Of a DNA stretch of 64,000 nt, positions 1-10,170 are shown one piece after another. Each line of letters begins with the position of its first letter. The first letter of the stretch is position 1. The stretch covers positions 672,001-736,000 of the forward strand of contig CAVSBL010000002.1 in the NCBI GenBank assembly GCA_963726255.1, given 5' to 3'. A model generated the notes under the pieces. It did no database searches. It was not told the DNA's origin and worked only from the letters and a program-made list of their open reading frames with translations. Source of the DNA: Candidatus Bathyarchaeota archaeon. Lineage in GTDB: Archaea > Thermoproteota > Bathyarchaeia > 40CM-2-53-6. The position numbers were made by a program, and so were the translations under genes.

Positions 1-191
1 CACTGTTTTTTCACTGTGCACCCCCACCTTAAGTTCAAAAGAATCCCAACTGTCCAGATGCATGAAATATTACAACAAGCGTGTGCTTTGATAACTATGA
101 AATCTCTTCCTTGGTCTGCTGGGAGATTGGGCTAGCGCTAGCGATCTAGTAGTGCGCACAGACACAAGAAGTAGATGGGGAATGAGCAGAA

Positions 192-629
192 CTATTTCTT
201 GGCTTCAGTGGGCTTCCAAGTTACGGCTAGTATGCCCCCGATGAGACCAAGGATTAGGCCGATTCCGAAACCGCCCATTGCGCTGCCGAAAATACTGAGC
301 ACCGAGAAGACTATGATCAATATACCCCAAGTCGAGTGCTGATCGGGTTTGTTGTTCAACATGAGAGCGCTGATGATTACGATGACTCCGAAAATCAGAC
401 CCAGGACACCAAGGAAACCGAAGCCGTAGCCAAGACCTCCCATCATTCCGAAACCAGGCCCCATCATGCCGCCCCATCCACCATAGCCGCCATAGCCGCC
501 CATCATCCCGTAACCGTAATTGCCCATCCATGAACCAAGCATAGTAATCGCACCTCCGCCTAAGAGGATGAAGATGCCACCGATCAACGAGAGAATAAAT
601 GCGGTGCCAGGTTTTTCTGCTTCTGTCAT
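192..629 (-). CDS. Small multi-pass membrane protein with Gly/Met-rich (GMMGG) loop
   Basis: About 4 hydrophobic segments, repeated GYGGMMG motifs, located next to copper genes. Confidence 0.7.
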   Translation of the reverse strand: MTEAEKPGTAFILSLIGGIFILLGGGAITMLGSWMGNYGYGMMGGYGGYGGWGGMMGPGFGMMGGLGYGFGFLGVLGLIFGVIVIISALMLNNKPDQHSTWGILIIVFSVLSIFGSAMGGFGIGLILGLIGGILAVTWKPTEAKK

Positions 630-653
630 TTTGCCGATTTCACCTGCACATGC

Positions 654-1439
654 TTAATCAAATTCGACCTCTTGGATAAAGTCACCATGCCAAGAGTGAT
701 ACCAAACCTGACCTGTATTTCCGTTTACGCTTAGCATTCCGGCAATCTTCCCGTTCACTGTGAAGTCGAAGGTGTAGTAGCCGTAGAACTGCGTAGCCAT
801 CTCAGTCTTGGCGTTTTGAAAGTTCGCGTTAAGGTATGCCTGGGCGAATTGCTCGGCTTGGTTTTGGGAAACTGTCATGGTTGAGAACGCTTGGTTTCTA
901 GTCCCCATCATCCCAGAGGCCATGTAGCTGTATTTGTTGTTCCACATCATGTTAGGGCCTGGCTCCGGCATTATGTAGCCTGCAGCGCCGCGTCCACCCA
1001 TCATACCGCTGCCCATCATTCCGGAGGACGGCGCCTGCTTCCAGATGAGCATCTCGAAGGCGCCAATCCCGGTGTCCTTCTCGTAGTAGATGATGTAGAA
1101 GTTGTTTTGGAACTCCATGATCTCCTTAATCGCCAAGTTGGAATTCCCTGTTGCAGTCAGATATTGCTGTGCAATCTGTTGGGCCTGACTTAGCGTGATG
1201 ACGGTGTTAGGGGAGGTCTGAGGTTGCTGATACCCTTGCTGCCACTGCCCCATCATGTACTGGTTCCCGTTTCCGCTATTCCAATTCGCGGACCGCACGT
1301 ACGACGTCGCCGTATACGCCGAGTAAGCCAGACCCAGCGCCAGAATTCCAAGACCGACTGCCAGAAGTACGATAGCGAAAGCATTCGTGTTCTTCATCTT
1401 CATCCACGCCATTTCTTCAGAGAACTCGCCGTCATGCAA
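654..1439 (-). CDS. Membrane-anchored Met-rich exported protein with PepSY-like domains
   Basis: N-terminal TM; two 'QAQQIAQQYL/QAEQFAQAYL' PepSY-like units; 'LSVNGNTGQV'; GMMG repeats. True start probably a few codons downstream. Confidence 0.65.
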   Translation of the reverse strand: MHDGEFSEEMAWMKMKNTNAFAIVLLAVGLGILALGLAYSAYTATSYVRSANWNSGNGNQYMMGQWQQGYQQPQTSPNTVITLSQAQQIAQQYLTATGNSNLAIKEIMEFQNNFYIIYYEKDTGIGAFEMLIWKQAPSSGMMGSGMMGGRGAAGYIMPEPGPNMMWNNKYSYMASGMMGTRNQAFSTMTVSQNQAEQFAQAYLNANFQNAKTEMATQFYGYYTFDFTVNGKIAGMLSVNGNTGQVWYHSWHGDFIQEVEFD

Positions 1440-1488
1440 TTAAAGGAAGTGTCTACACTGAAACACAAAGTGTTGCATCGTCAAGCGT

Positions 1489-2166
1489 TCAGTATACTGT
1501 GATCTGTCCCTCCATCCATCCCGACGCTGCCATGGCTCCTCCCATTCCCGATGGGCCAAAGCCGCAGGGAGTTAAGCAGATCCATTGAAACGTGCCCGTC
1601 TGGTTGAGGTAAAGGTAAGCTATCTCCGTGTCGCCCCCCACCACGGGAACATTGATTCCGAGTTGCTGAATCGTGAATGTGTGCGCAAGCATGTTTCCGG
1701 GCACTGAAGTAACATTTTGACCCCACGATGATGGTACGTCCGTTCCCATCGCGGTCGTACCGTTGACAAGGTAGACTGTGCCCCCCACCGTTCCAGTTAC
1801 CTTGCCCTGCTCGTCTGTACTGGCCGGGGTAGGCGTGTCATAGGAGATGATCGTAAGCTGGATCAATGTGTGGACGGGAAGACGAATGCTAACCGCCGGC
1901 TCCAACCCATTCTTTCCGAGTATGTAGAACTGAGCCTGGGCCACCGTGGAGTTCCAACCCGCGTCCATAATCTCCATGAGCGTTAACTTGAACGGAACGG
2001 ATTGCTGCGAAACCGCATTAGTGACAGGCACCGTCGCGGAATGCGTGCCAACATAAATCGAGAGTACTCCAACGAGACCAGCGGTTAGGATCATGATGAT
2101 AAGCTCCAAACCTCTAAGAGAAACAGGATTAATTCTTGACGAGTCCATGCCCCTTCTCGTTTGCAT
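1489..2166 (-). CDS. Membrane-anchored cupredoxin-fold protein (COX2/sulfocyanin-like)
   Basis: N-terminal TM; 'AHTFTI' His; 'GTFQWICLTPCG...GWMEGQITV' cupredoxin C-terminus. Confidence 0.65.
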   Translation of the reverse strand: MQTRRGMDSSRINPVSLRGLELIIMILTAGLVGVLSIYVGTHSATVPVTNAVSQQSVPFKLTLMEIMDAGWNSTVAQAQFYILGKNGLEPAVSIRLPVHTLIQLTIISYDTPTPASTDEQGKVTGTVGGTVYLVNGTTAMGTDVPSSWGQNVTSVPGNMLAHTFTIQQLGINVPVVGGDTEIAYLYLNQTGTFQWICLTPCGFGPSGMGGAMAASGWMEGQITVY

Positions 2167-2490
2167 AGCTCTTAATTCCGCGTAGTAATGACTGAGAACT
2201 TCACTTAAGCCGCGTGTACATATTTGCCTTACATTATTTACAATGTGACTACTCCCTGCGTTACGTTGCGTTCCTCGAAAAATGTGTCAGGCAGAAGCGG
2301 TTCAGAGAGTGAACCTCCCATTTTCTGACGGTTCCTAGTATGGAGTGAAATCAAACGGAAAAGCCATCCTCCCCAGAAGAAATGAAAACAGAAAATGAAA
2401 CCGAAAATAAGCAAGACTCTGTATTTCACTGTGGACGCTCCGTTTAAGACAATTCCCTAGTCGTATCAGTTCCAACTGGAGCAAGCTACG

Positions 2491-3222
2491 TTGGTTGAAT
2501 GTGAACGTTGCCATAGAAAATTCGTGTCTTATGCTGCACTCTCGCAACATTTCGACACAAAGCATCAGAACGCGCAAAGGCCACGTGACATGGAGAGGGA
2601 GCTAGCAGTCGAGAAGGAACTGGACACATACAAGGCTACGGTTCACTACGCACATGGCCCTTCGAAGACCAAGCTGGCAGTGTTCCTTCTTATTCTAATC
2701 GTCGCGGCGGGTGTCATCGGATATGTTGCGCTTACGCCAAGAGAAGCGGGCGGGTCAATTCTTGGTGTTGGGTCAACTGCACCGAACTTTACCCTTCAAG
2801 ACGTAGCAGGGGGAACATTCACGTTATCTGATTATCAGGGAAAGTCTAACGTCCTTTTATTGTTCAACGAAGGGCTAAGCTGCCAACCTTGCCTGCAGCA
2901 GATGCATGACCTTGACGGATTAAACGGGCAGTTTAGGGGCATGAACGTTCTGGTTGTTAGCGTGACTCCAGACAGCGTTGGCCAGTTGCGCGGTTGGATG
3001 GGAGCGGGTGGCCCGCAGTATGGCAAGGTGCTCGCCGATCCAGCGCTAGTCGCCTTCAGCCTGTATCGTCCGGTTGGTACTGGCGGCAGCATGATGACGC
3101 ACACCTTCGTACTGATCAACAAGGCCGGGATGGTGATCTGGAGACAGGACTACGGACCGAACAACATGTATGTCCAGAACACGGAAGTTCTAGCCGCAGT
3201 CACGAAGGCCCTAGGGACGTAG
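2491..3222 (+). CDS. Membrane-anchored AhpC/TSA-type redoxin with N-terminal C2H2 zinc finger
   Basis: CERC...H...H finger, then TM, then 'APNFTL' and SCQPC thioredoxin-fold motif. Confidence 0.8.
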   Translation: MVECERCHRKFVSYAALSQHFDTKHQNAQRPRDMERELAVEKELDTYKATVHYAHGPSKTKLAVFLLILIVAAGVIGYVALTPREAGGSILGVGSTAPNFTLQDVAGGTFTLSDYQGKSNVLLLFNEGLSCQPCLQQMHDLDGLNGQFRGMNVLVVSVTPDSVGQLRGWMGAGGPQYGKVLADPALVAFSLYRPVGTGGSMMTHTFVLINKAGMVIWRQDYGPNNMYVQNTEVLAAVTKALGT

Positions 3223-3229
3223 TTGCGTA

Positions 3230-3496
3230 ATGCCTCAGATACGTTTCGTTACAAGTCTCGGATGCACTCCGTGCCTGCGCATCAAGCGCATCCTCGGCGA
3301 ACTGCAGGCGGGTATGCCGAATCTCACGGTTGAGGAAGTAGAGTTCACGTCCGCAGTTGGAACCAAACTCGCGACGGAAAATGGGATTCTCTACCCGCCG
3401 GCTGTTTTCCTCAACGGCGTCATGATCGCGAAGGGCAAGATCGATGCTAACGCAATGGTTATGGAGATTCGTAAATCAAGCGAGATTGGAAGTTGA
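3230..3496 (+). CDS. Glutaredoxin/thioredoxin-like protein
   Basis: CTPC motif, cis-Pro 'PAVFLNG', 88 aa. Confidence 0.8.
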   Translation: MPQIRFVTSLGCTPCLRIKRILGELQAGMPNLTVEEVEFTSAVGTKLATENGILYPPAVFLNGVMIAKGKIDANAMVMEIRKSSEIGS

Positions 3497-4377
3497 TGTC
3501 CCTACTACTTCTAGCCTACTTGATAATCGCCTTTGTGGCGGGGGTGGTTGCTCTCGCTATGCCCTGCTGTTTCAGCGTCCTCCTGCCATCCTACTTTGCA
3601 CAGAGCTTCAAACAGAAAGCCAGGCTCATTGGGATGACCGTCGTCTTCTCATTCGGAATCGCAACCATTATGTTGCCTCTAGCCTTGGGAGTCGTCGCCC
3701 TCGCGCAGACGATTAGAGCAAGTCACAGCTTGGTCTTCGTGATCGGCGGATTCCTAATGATAATTTTGGGATTCTGGACCCTTTGGGGACAAGGCATGCT
3801 TCCGCGACTTGAATTGCCAGTGAACCTGAACAAGAACGACGTTCTCTCAGTATACACGTTGGGTGTGTTCTCAGGGGCTGCCACATCATGTTGCGCCCCC
3901 GTGCTTGCTGGAGTCCTCGTATTATCCGCATTATCAGCCGGGATCGTTGAGGGATTGGTAATTGGGTTCACGTACGTGCTTGGGATGGTCTTTCCACTCT
4001 TCATAATCGCCCTGGTTTGGGACAAATGTGTGCCTAGCGGAGAGAATCCGTTGAAGGGACGGGTTCTACACTTCAATATATTCCGCCGCGAAGTTACGAT
4101 ACACTCATCGAAGCTCGTTTCCGGCCTGATGTTCGTCTTCATGGGGATCGTGACCGTTGCATTGGGCCTACTGGGGGAAATGATTCCGGCACCCGGCGCT
4201 GCGCAAATAGGAGTCTTACAGGCCCAGCTCGCGCAGCTTCTAACGGCTTACTTCGCGAATTCCCCTGGACTGGAGTTAGTTGGAGTTCTTGGCATGGCAC
4301 TAATCCTCACTAGCGTCTTCGCTCTGAGAAATCACATCCGAAAACCCCTGAAACCCGCTAGAATCGAGGGGGACTAA
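3493..4377 (+). CDS. ccdA: CcdA/DsbD-family transmembrane disulfide reductase
   Basis: 'AMPCC..LLPSY' and 'SCCAPVL' motifs in a 6-8 TM protein; operonic with the redoxins. Confidence 0.8.
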   Translation: MMSLLLLAYLIIAFVAGVVALAMPCCFSVLLPSYFAQSFKQKARLIGMTVVFSFGIATIMLPLALGVVALAQTIRASHSLVFVIGGFLMIILGFWTLWGQGMLPRLELPVNLNKNDVLSVYTLGVFSGAATSCCAPVLAGVLVLSALSAGIVEGLVIGFTYVLGMVFPLFIIALVWDKCVPSGENPLKGRVLHFNIFRREVTIHSSKLVSGLMFVFMGIVTVALGLLGEMIPAPGAAQIGVLQAQLAQLLTAYFANSPGLELVGVLGMALILTSVFALRNHIRKPLKPARIEGD

Positions 4378-4381
4378 AGCG

Positions 4382-4615
4382 GTGAAATCAACCCCAGTGA
4401 TCGCACAAAAACGGATAGGGCGAGCAGTCTTATCACTATACAACTATGAAGGCGACGCACCAACTCAAATCCTTCAGCGCAAGCTGAAAAAGACAACTGG
4501 CATAAAGCGTGTAGATCTAAATTACGCTGCTAACACAATAACCGTCGACTATGATCTAACCAAAATCACGATCGAAGAGGTAAGGGCAGTCATCAAACAG
4601 CCCCTCCTAGCTTGA
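4382..4615 (+). CDS. HMA-fold small protein lacking the CxxC motif
   Basis: '[19 protein letters not shown]...IEEVRAVIK' is typical of an HMA domain; directly upstream of CopA. Confidence 0.6.
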   Translation: MKSTPVIAQKRIGRAVLSLYNYEGDAPTQILQRKLKKTTGIKRVDLNYAANTITVDYDLTKITIEEVRAVIKQPLLA

Positions 4616-4643
4616 GTCTTTCGAAACGCGGGAGGAAGTAAAA

Positions 4644-6722
4644 ATGGCCAAAGACCCGATTTGCGGCATGTTCGTGGATGAGAAGACCGCGACCATAACC
4701 CGTACAATTCGAGGAACAAAATGGTACTTCTGCAGCGAAACCTGCGCCAAGACATTTGAGAAACCAGAAGCTGAAATGAAGCGTCTCAAGCTCTTGGTGG
4801 TAATTGGCATCGCGTTCACAGTACCAACAGCTTTGTTCACATACGTGCCGCTTCTTCCATCCAACATCAACAATTATCTGCTCTTCATTTTGGAAACGCC
4901 AGTACAATTCATCGTGGGGTGGCGCTTCTACAGAGGCGCGTACGACGCTCTAAGAAACCGAATGGGTAACATGGACCTTCTAATTGCCATCGGTACTACT
5001 GCCGCTTGGGCATACAGTACAGTCGTCACATTTCTTCCGTCAGTCTTCGCTACGAGCGGGGCATACTTCGATACCGCTGCAGTGATCATCACCCTGATCC
5101 TACTCGGTAACATGTTGGAGCATATCAGCAAGGGAAGGGCTTCCGAGGCAGTTCGCAAACTCCTAGACCTACAGCCCAGGATGGCACACGTGATTCGCAA
5201 TGGGACTGAGGAGGACGTTCCAGTAGAGTTGATCAAAGTAGGCGATGTTCTCGTCATCCGCCCCGGTGAAAGGATACCGGTTGACGGAGTGGTGACTGAG
5301 GGCAACTCAGCGGTTGACCAATCCCCCATTACTGGAGAAAGTATTCCCGTTGAAAAAATCGCGGGCGATGAAGTAATCGGAGCGACGATCAACACATCCG
5401 GTCTTCTCAGAGTTCGGGCATCGAAGGTCGGAGCAGATACAGTACTATCAAAGATCGTTCAACTCGTCGAAGAAGCCCAGATGGCGCATGCGCCGATTCA
5501 ACGCCTTGCCGACCAAGTTTCAGCTTACTTCGTGCCTGCAGTGATCTTAATCGCCACAGGGGCGGCGCTAGGTTGGTATTTCTTCGGCGGATTGGCGCTC
5601 AACTTCGCCTTATTGGCGTTTGTCTCAGTAATCGTCATCGCATGCCCGTGTGCACTCGGCATCGCTACTCCAGCCGCCATCCTTGTCGGAACAGCCAAAG
5701 GCGCTCAGAATGGGATTCTCATCAAAGGCGGTGAGTATCTAGAGACAGCCCATAAGCTACAGACAATTGTCTTTGACAAGACCGGCACTTTAACCAAGGG
5801 CAAACCGTCCGTAACGGATATCATTGTTCATGGAAACCACACGGAAAAAGAAGTACTTCAGCTGGCCGCTTCAGCCGAGAAAGGCTCAGAGCATCCCCTC
5901 GGCCGAGCAGTCATAGAAGCCGCCGAGAAAAAGGGCATAAGCATACCTGAGGCGACCTCGTTCAAAGCTGTACCAGGCGAGGGCGTGGTAGCAGAGCAGA
6001 ATGGCAGAACCATATTGCTGGGAAACAGAAAGCTGATGGCAAAATACGACATGAACCTCGCGCCAGTCGATTCAGACATATCCGCACTTGAGGAAGAGGG
6101 CAAAACGATCATGGTTCTATCCGATGGTAACGAGCCCGTCGGTGTCATCGGCCTCGCAGACACCCTCAAAGATGACGCTTTAGACACAGTTCGAGAATTG
6201 CAACGGATGAAGATTGAAGTCGTAATGTTGACTGGCGACAACATCCGAACGGCCAAAGCCGTCGCTGGCAAATTGGGCATAGACAGGGTTGTGGCAGACG
6301 TTCTGCCAGAGCAGAAGGAGAAGATCATCAGAGACTTGCAAAAAGAAGGTAGGATTGTGGGCATGGTTGGAGACGGAATCAACGATGCCCCCGCTCTTGC
6401 CGCGTCCAACATTGGGATTGCCATCGGAGGCGGGACAGATGTCGCGGTCGAGACAGGCGGCATTGTTCTGATCAGGAACAGTCTACGAGACGTGGTAACC
6501 GCCATCAAACTCAGTAAGGCAACTGTCAGCAAGATCAAGCAAAACCTGTTCTGGGCATTCTGCTACAACGTTGCCCTCATCCCAATCGCTGCAGGTGCAC
6601 TCGTCCCATTCTTCGGACCTGGTGTGTACAATTTCCTTCCGTTCCTGGCTGCTGCAGCGATGGCTTCGAGTTCAGTTACTGTCGTCAGTAACTCCCTTTT
6701 GCTGAATAGGTTCAAGGCCTGA
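4644..6722 (+). CDS. copA: Cu(I)-translocating P1B-type ATPase with N-terminal YHS/TRASH domain
   Basis: KDPICGM...YFCS..C, TGES, CPC, DKTGT, SEHP, GDGIND, YN and MASSS motifs. Confidence 0.95.
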   Translation: MAKDPICGMFVDEKTATITRTIRGTKWYFCSETCAKTFEKPEAEMKRLKLLVVIGIAFTVPTALFTYVPLLPSNINNYLLFILETPVQFIVGWRFYRGAYDALRNRMGNMDLLIAIGTTAAWAYSTVVTFLPSVFATSGAYFDTAAVIITLILLGNMLEHISKGRASEAVRKLLDLQPRMAHVIRNGTEEDVPVELIKVGDVLVIRPGERIPVDGVVTEGNSAVDQSPITGESIPVEKIAGDEVIGATINTSGLLRVRASKVGADTVLSKIVQLVEEAQMAHAPIQRLADQVSAYFVPAVILIATGAALGWYFFGGLALNFALLAFVSVIVIACPCALGIATPAAILVGTAKGAQNGILIKGGEYLETAHKLQTIVFDKTGTLTKGKPSVTDIIVHGNHTEKEVLQLAASAEKGSEHPLGRAVIEAAEKKGISIPEATSFKAVPGEGVVAEQNGRTILLGNRKLMAKYDMNLAPVDSDISALEEEGKTIMVLSDGNEPVGVIGLADTLKDDALDTVRELQRMKIEVVMLTGDNIRTAKAVAGKLGIDRVVADVLPEQKEKIIRDLQKEGRIVGMVGDGINDAPALAASNIGIAIGGGTDVAVETGGIVLIRNSLRDVVTAIKLSKATVSKIKQNLFWAFCYNVALIPIAAGALVPFFGPGVYNFLPFLAAAAMASSSVTVVSNSLLLNRFKA

Positions 6723-6755
6723 TTCAGCTTCGGCAAAAAGGCTGGCAGGTCATTG

Positions 6756-7724
6756 TTACGGGAACTTTGGGCTCAATGATCCGTGCGGGCAGGCGTCGAT
6801 GCATTCCATGCACATTATGCATTCGGGGTCGTTGAACTTCTCCCAAGGTAGATCAAGTATGTTGATTTGCATTGGACATTTTACCTCGCAGTGTGGGCAC
6901 TTTGTGCATTTCACTGGGTCTCTTTTGATTCCAGCCAGGCTGTATTTCTGGAAGATCGCCATCATTGCCCCTGTGGGGCAGGCGTAGCGACACCAGAAGC
7001 GTGGAACTTTCCATGCTGCCCCGAAGAAGCCTACCAGTATCAGTATTCGCAGCGCAAGTAGCGGAGGCACTTGAGTCAGGTAAACCCAGACTTGCTGAAT
7101 CGTCGGTGGCCTAGTGAATAGAGACGCGAAGTTATCCTTAGCCAAACCAATCAACGTAGGAACCACTCCGAACAATGTGCCGTCCGGTGATATTGCGATG
7201 AAGGGGCCCGAAGCCAGGACACCAAGGGCGGTTTTGTAATCCGTTCCTACTCCCAGGTAGAGTGCTAGACCTAGAGTGCCGCTGATTAAGAGTGTTCCCA
7301 GAAACAGGAGATACTTGAGTTTCTTAGCGCTGCGGTGGGTTCGAGGCGATAAGAAGTCTAATCGTCCTTTCAAGTTCGTAATGATGTCCTGTATAAAACC
7401 GACCGGGCAGACCCAGCCGCAGAAAGCGCGCCCTACAACGGCTCCTATCAGGAGCACAGTTCCGAAAGCGAGCCAAGGAAACTCAGGCTGCGCCAACTCG
7501 ACCTGAATGAGGTCGAAAGAACTGTAGACCGCGCTAAATGGAGAGTTCACGCTGGCTAGGATCGGTAGGCCTAGAGGAATAGGCTTGAACTTCAGGCTCG
7601 GGAAAATCAGGGTGAGAGCAATCGCGTTAACCGCGACGAGAGAAAGTAGCTGGACAGTGATGCGTGGGAGAGTCCATTTGAATTTGAACCGTCTAAGGTC
7701 TTCCTCGGGGTGCGCCTGGGCCAA
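6756..7724 (-). CDS. NapH/MauN-like polyferredoxin membrane protein (4Fe-4S binding)
   Basis: GRAFCGWVCP and FWCRYACP motifs plus two CxxCxxCxxxCP; probable TTG start at 7724 after GAGGT (ORF track start 7775). Confidence 0.85.
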   Translation of the reverse strand: MAQAHPEEDLRRFKFKWTLPRITVQLLSLVAVNAIALTLIFPSLKFKPIPLGLPILASVNSPFSAVYSSFDLIQVELAQPEFPWLAFGTVLLIGAVVGRAFCGWVCPVGFIQDIITNLKGRLDFLSPRTHRSAKKLKYLLFLGTLLISGTLGLALYLGVGTDYKTALGVLASGPFIAISPDGTLFGVVPTLIGLAKDNFASLFTRPPTIQQVWVYLTQVPPLLALRILILVGFFGAAWKVPRFWCRYACPTGAMMAIFQKYSLAGIKRDPVKCTKCPHCEVKCPMQINILDLPWEKFNDPECIMCMECIDACPHGSLSPKFP

Positions 7725-7734
7725 GGATGGAACC

Positions 7735-7860
7735 TCATGGGAAAAGGACAACATATCCGTTAAGAACGTCGGCAAGTATCTTGAATTCGTTGATGTACAG
7801 TCCGATCATCACGGCCGTCAACCCCAATAGTATGGTAAACGCGGCAGCAGTGCGCTTCAA
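7735..7860 (-). CDS. 41-aa single-TM small protein, not in ORF track
   Basis: TTG-start ORF MKRTAAAFTILLGLTAVMIGLYINEFKILADVLNGYVVLFP*, immediately upstream of the polyferredoxin. Confidence 0.55.
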   Translation of the reverse strand: MKRTAAAFTILLGLTAVMIGLYINEFKILADVLNGYVVLFP

Positions 7861-7952
7861 AGAACCACTTCTCGACCTTGTGATGGATTTTGGTAGCGTT
7901 GAAACCAGCCTGTAATTAACCCTTTCCGACCTTCCGCCCGGTCGAGAATTGC

Positions 7953-9371
7953 ATGGTCAGCACGGTTCTTATTGCGCCGCAAGCCATTCATGGCATTCGC
8001 CGAGGGAATACAACACCTTTGTCCGGAGACGATGTTGCGCTAGCAACCGACCTGTATGAGCTAACAATGGCTGCTGCCTACTTCGAGAATGGTGAAACCG
8101 CGGAAGCTACGTTCGAACTCTTCGTACGGAACTTTCCAAAAGATCGTTCATACCTGATTGCGGCGGGCCTGGAGCAAGCTGTAGATTATCTAAAACGATT
8201 GCGATTCAGAGACGAACATATCAAGTATCTGAGAAGAGACCCAGATTTCAAGAATGTAAGCAGTCGGTTCTTCCGGTATCTCAAAAAACTGAAATTCACC
8301 GGCGATGTGTGGGCTCTCCCGGAAGGAACGGTGTTCTTCACAAATGAGCCTGTTTTGCGAGTTACCGCGCCAATTATTGAAGCCCAAATCGTGGAGACCT
8401 ACCTTCTATCGATGATTAACTTCCAAACTTTGATTGCCACCAAAGCCTCGAGAGTTGTGCAGAGTGCGAGAGGAAGGGGAGTCGTCGAATTTGGTGGCCG
8501 ACGCGCCCACGGGCCGCAGGCGGCGCTATTGGCCGCCAGAGCCAGTTACATAGGAGGCTGCATAGGGACCTCCCATGTTTTGGCCGGATACAGGTTTGGA
8601 ATACCAACCTATGGTACAATGGCCCATTCATTCGTAATGAACTACGATTCAGAGCAGGAGGCGTTTGAGAGGTTCGCCAAGGTCTTCCCCTCCAATCCAG
8701 CCCTTCTGCTTGACACCTACGATACCATTGAGGGTGCGAAAAGGGCTGTTTCCATGAAGGTTGCGCCGTCACTTGTCAGGCTTGACAGCGGCGACCGCTA
8801 CGACCTGAGCGTTAAGGTCAGACAAATCCTAGACGATGCAGGTTTCAAGGGAACGAAGATATTTGTGAGCGGCGACCTCAACGAATTCGTCTTAGACGAC
8901 CTGACTTCCCGGGGTGCCCCAATCGACGGGTTTGGCGTTGGAACGGAACTCGTAACATCACGGGACGACCCTGCATTACAGGCAATCTACAAAATTGTTT
9001 CAACAAAACGGAATGCGAGAGTGACCTACCGCGTCAAGACAAGTGAAGGTAAGCGAACGACTCCAGGGGCTAAGCAAGTATACAGGAAATACTCAGAGAC
9101 GGGAGAGATTCAAGAGGACATAATCGCCCTCGAAGATGAGGAACCACCCCGAGCAACCGAACCCCTCCTCACCAAAGTGCTCAAACACGGCAAACTCGTC
9201 CACAATCTGCCTACTCTCGGTGTAATACGAGAGCGAGCCATCAAGGATGTAGCCCGCTTACCCGCAAGTTACAAGGTTCTGAAAGGTTCGGAAGAGCCGC
9301 CAACGAAACTGAGTCGAAAGCTTGAAGAATTAAGTGAGTCCTTGTGGGGCAATCCGAACCGGAAAGATTGA
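7953..9371 (+). CDS. pncB: Nicotinate phosphoribosyltransferase
   Basis: TDLYELTM, EFGGRRAHG, GTMAHS, LLDTYD, RLDSGD, FGVGT motifs. Confidence 0.95.
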   Translation: MVSTVLIAPQAIHGIRRGNTTPLSGDDVALATDLYELTMAAAYFENGETAEATFELFVRNFPKDRSYLIAAGLEQAVDYLKRLRFRDEHIKYLRRDPDFKNVSSRFFRYLKKLKFTGDVWALPEGTVFFTNEPVLRVTAPIIEAQIVETYLLSMINFQTLIATKASRVVQSARGRGVVEFGGRRAHGPQAALLAARASYIGGCIGTSHVLAGYRFGIPTYGTMAHSFVMNYDSEQEAFERFAKVFPSNPALLLDTYDTIEGAKRAVSMKVAPSLVRLDSGDRYDLSVKVRQILDDAGFKGTKIFVSGDLNEFVLDDLTSRGAPIDGFGVGTELVTSRDDPALQAIYKIVSTKRNARVTYRVKTSEGKRTTPGAKQVYRKYSETGEIQEDIIALEDEEPPRATEPLLTKVLKHGKLVHNLPTLGVIRERAIKDVARLPASYKVLKGSEEPPTKLSRKLEELSESLWGNPNRKD

Positions 9372-9432
9372 TTATTCGACTGGAATTCCACTTAGCGCAA
9401 GAAATTAACGCTTTCTGAAAAACTTAAATTTA

Positions 9433-10170
9433 ATGCCTTTTGTTAGTCGCGCAAACATTTCAGGCGGAATCTTTCAAACGGTAAGACTCATGACCCCCGT
9501 TCACAAAGGACCTGGTTTTCAACGCAGAACCATCGCCAATCGGGGTCAAACCTTCACTAATGCTTGTCTGTCGTGCAAGGATTTAGCTAATTGCTGTGGA
9601 AGCGCAGCGTCTGCACTGCCTAGAGCGGAATTTGATGGGGCTTCGCCGATCAAGAAAAAAGGCCTTTCAAGGCGAGATGCGCTCAAGATTATGGGTGGGA
9701 TTTCAGCGGCTCTCGCATTAGCCCCGTTTACGGCGGCCGGTTCATACCTCATCCCGACTGTCTCTACGAAATTCAATCCAGTCCTAATCGCAAAGAAAGA
9801 AGACGTACCAGTTAATGGGTCGACAGTTTTCTGGTTTCCGTTCACGACGGACCCAACCTATACGAATATGCTAATTCATCTGCCGCCGGACCTGGCCGCG
9901 AAAGCGGGAGAGGAATTTGTGGCTTATAATAGGACTTGCATTCACCTGCAATGTCTTGTTTCCTACCTCTCGAATTCGGAGATCATCGGGTGCCCATGCC
10001 ACGGAAGCGAGTACAGGCCTACCGACGGATGGCCAGTTGCAGGCCCCGCGGCACAAATCGGACGCTACCTACCTAGCGTCAAGCTTAGAATAGATGGCGA
10101 CAACATTTACGCCGAATCCGTAGACCTGGATGTGATTGGATATGGCAGCGACACGCCCCCCTCGCAGTGA
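9433..10170 (+). CDS. petA: Rieske 2Fe-2S subunit of a bc-type complex (Tat signal)
   Basis: SRRDALK twin-Arg; CIHLQC and CPCHGS Rieske boxes; likely start at ATG 9490. Confidence 0.9.
   Translation: MPFVSRANISGGIFQTVRLMTPVHKGPGFQRRTIANRGQTFTNACLSCKDLANCCGSAASALPRAEFDGASPIKKKGLSRRDALKIMGGISAALALAPFTAAGSYLIPTVSTKFNPVLIAKKEDVPVNGSTVFWFPFTTDPTYTNMLIHLPPDLAAKAGEEFVAYNRTCIHLQCLVSYLSNSEIIGCPCHGSEYRPTDGWPVAGPAAQIGRYLPSVKLRIDGDNIYAESVDLDVIGYGSDTPPSQ

Noticed and set aside
2376-2410. Short GAAAATGAAA-like tandem repeat in the copper divergent promoter
   Set aside because: Only 2-3 degenerate low-complexity units; no function can be supported.
4928-6538. Long antisense ORFs inside copA (and similar shadows in nuo, tpi, serA and pantoate kinase)
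   Set aside because: They are antisense shadows of strongly supported genes.
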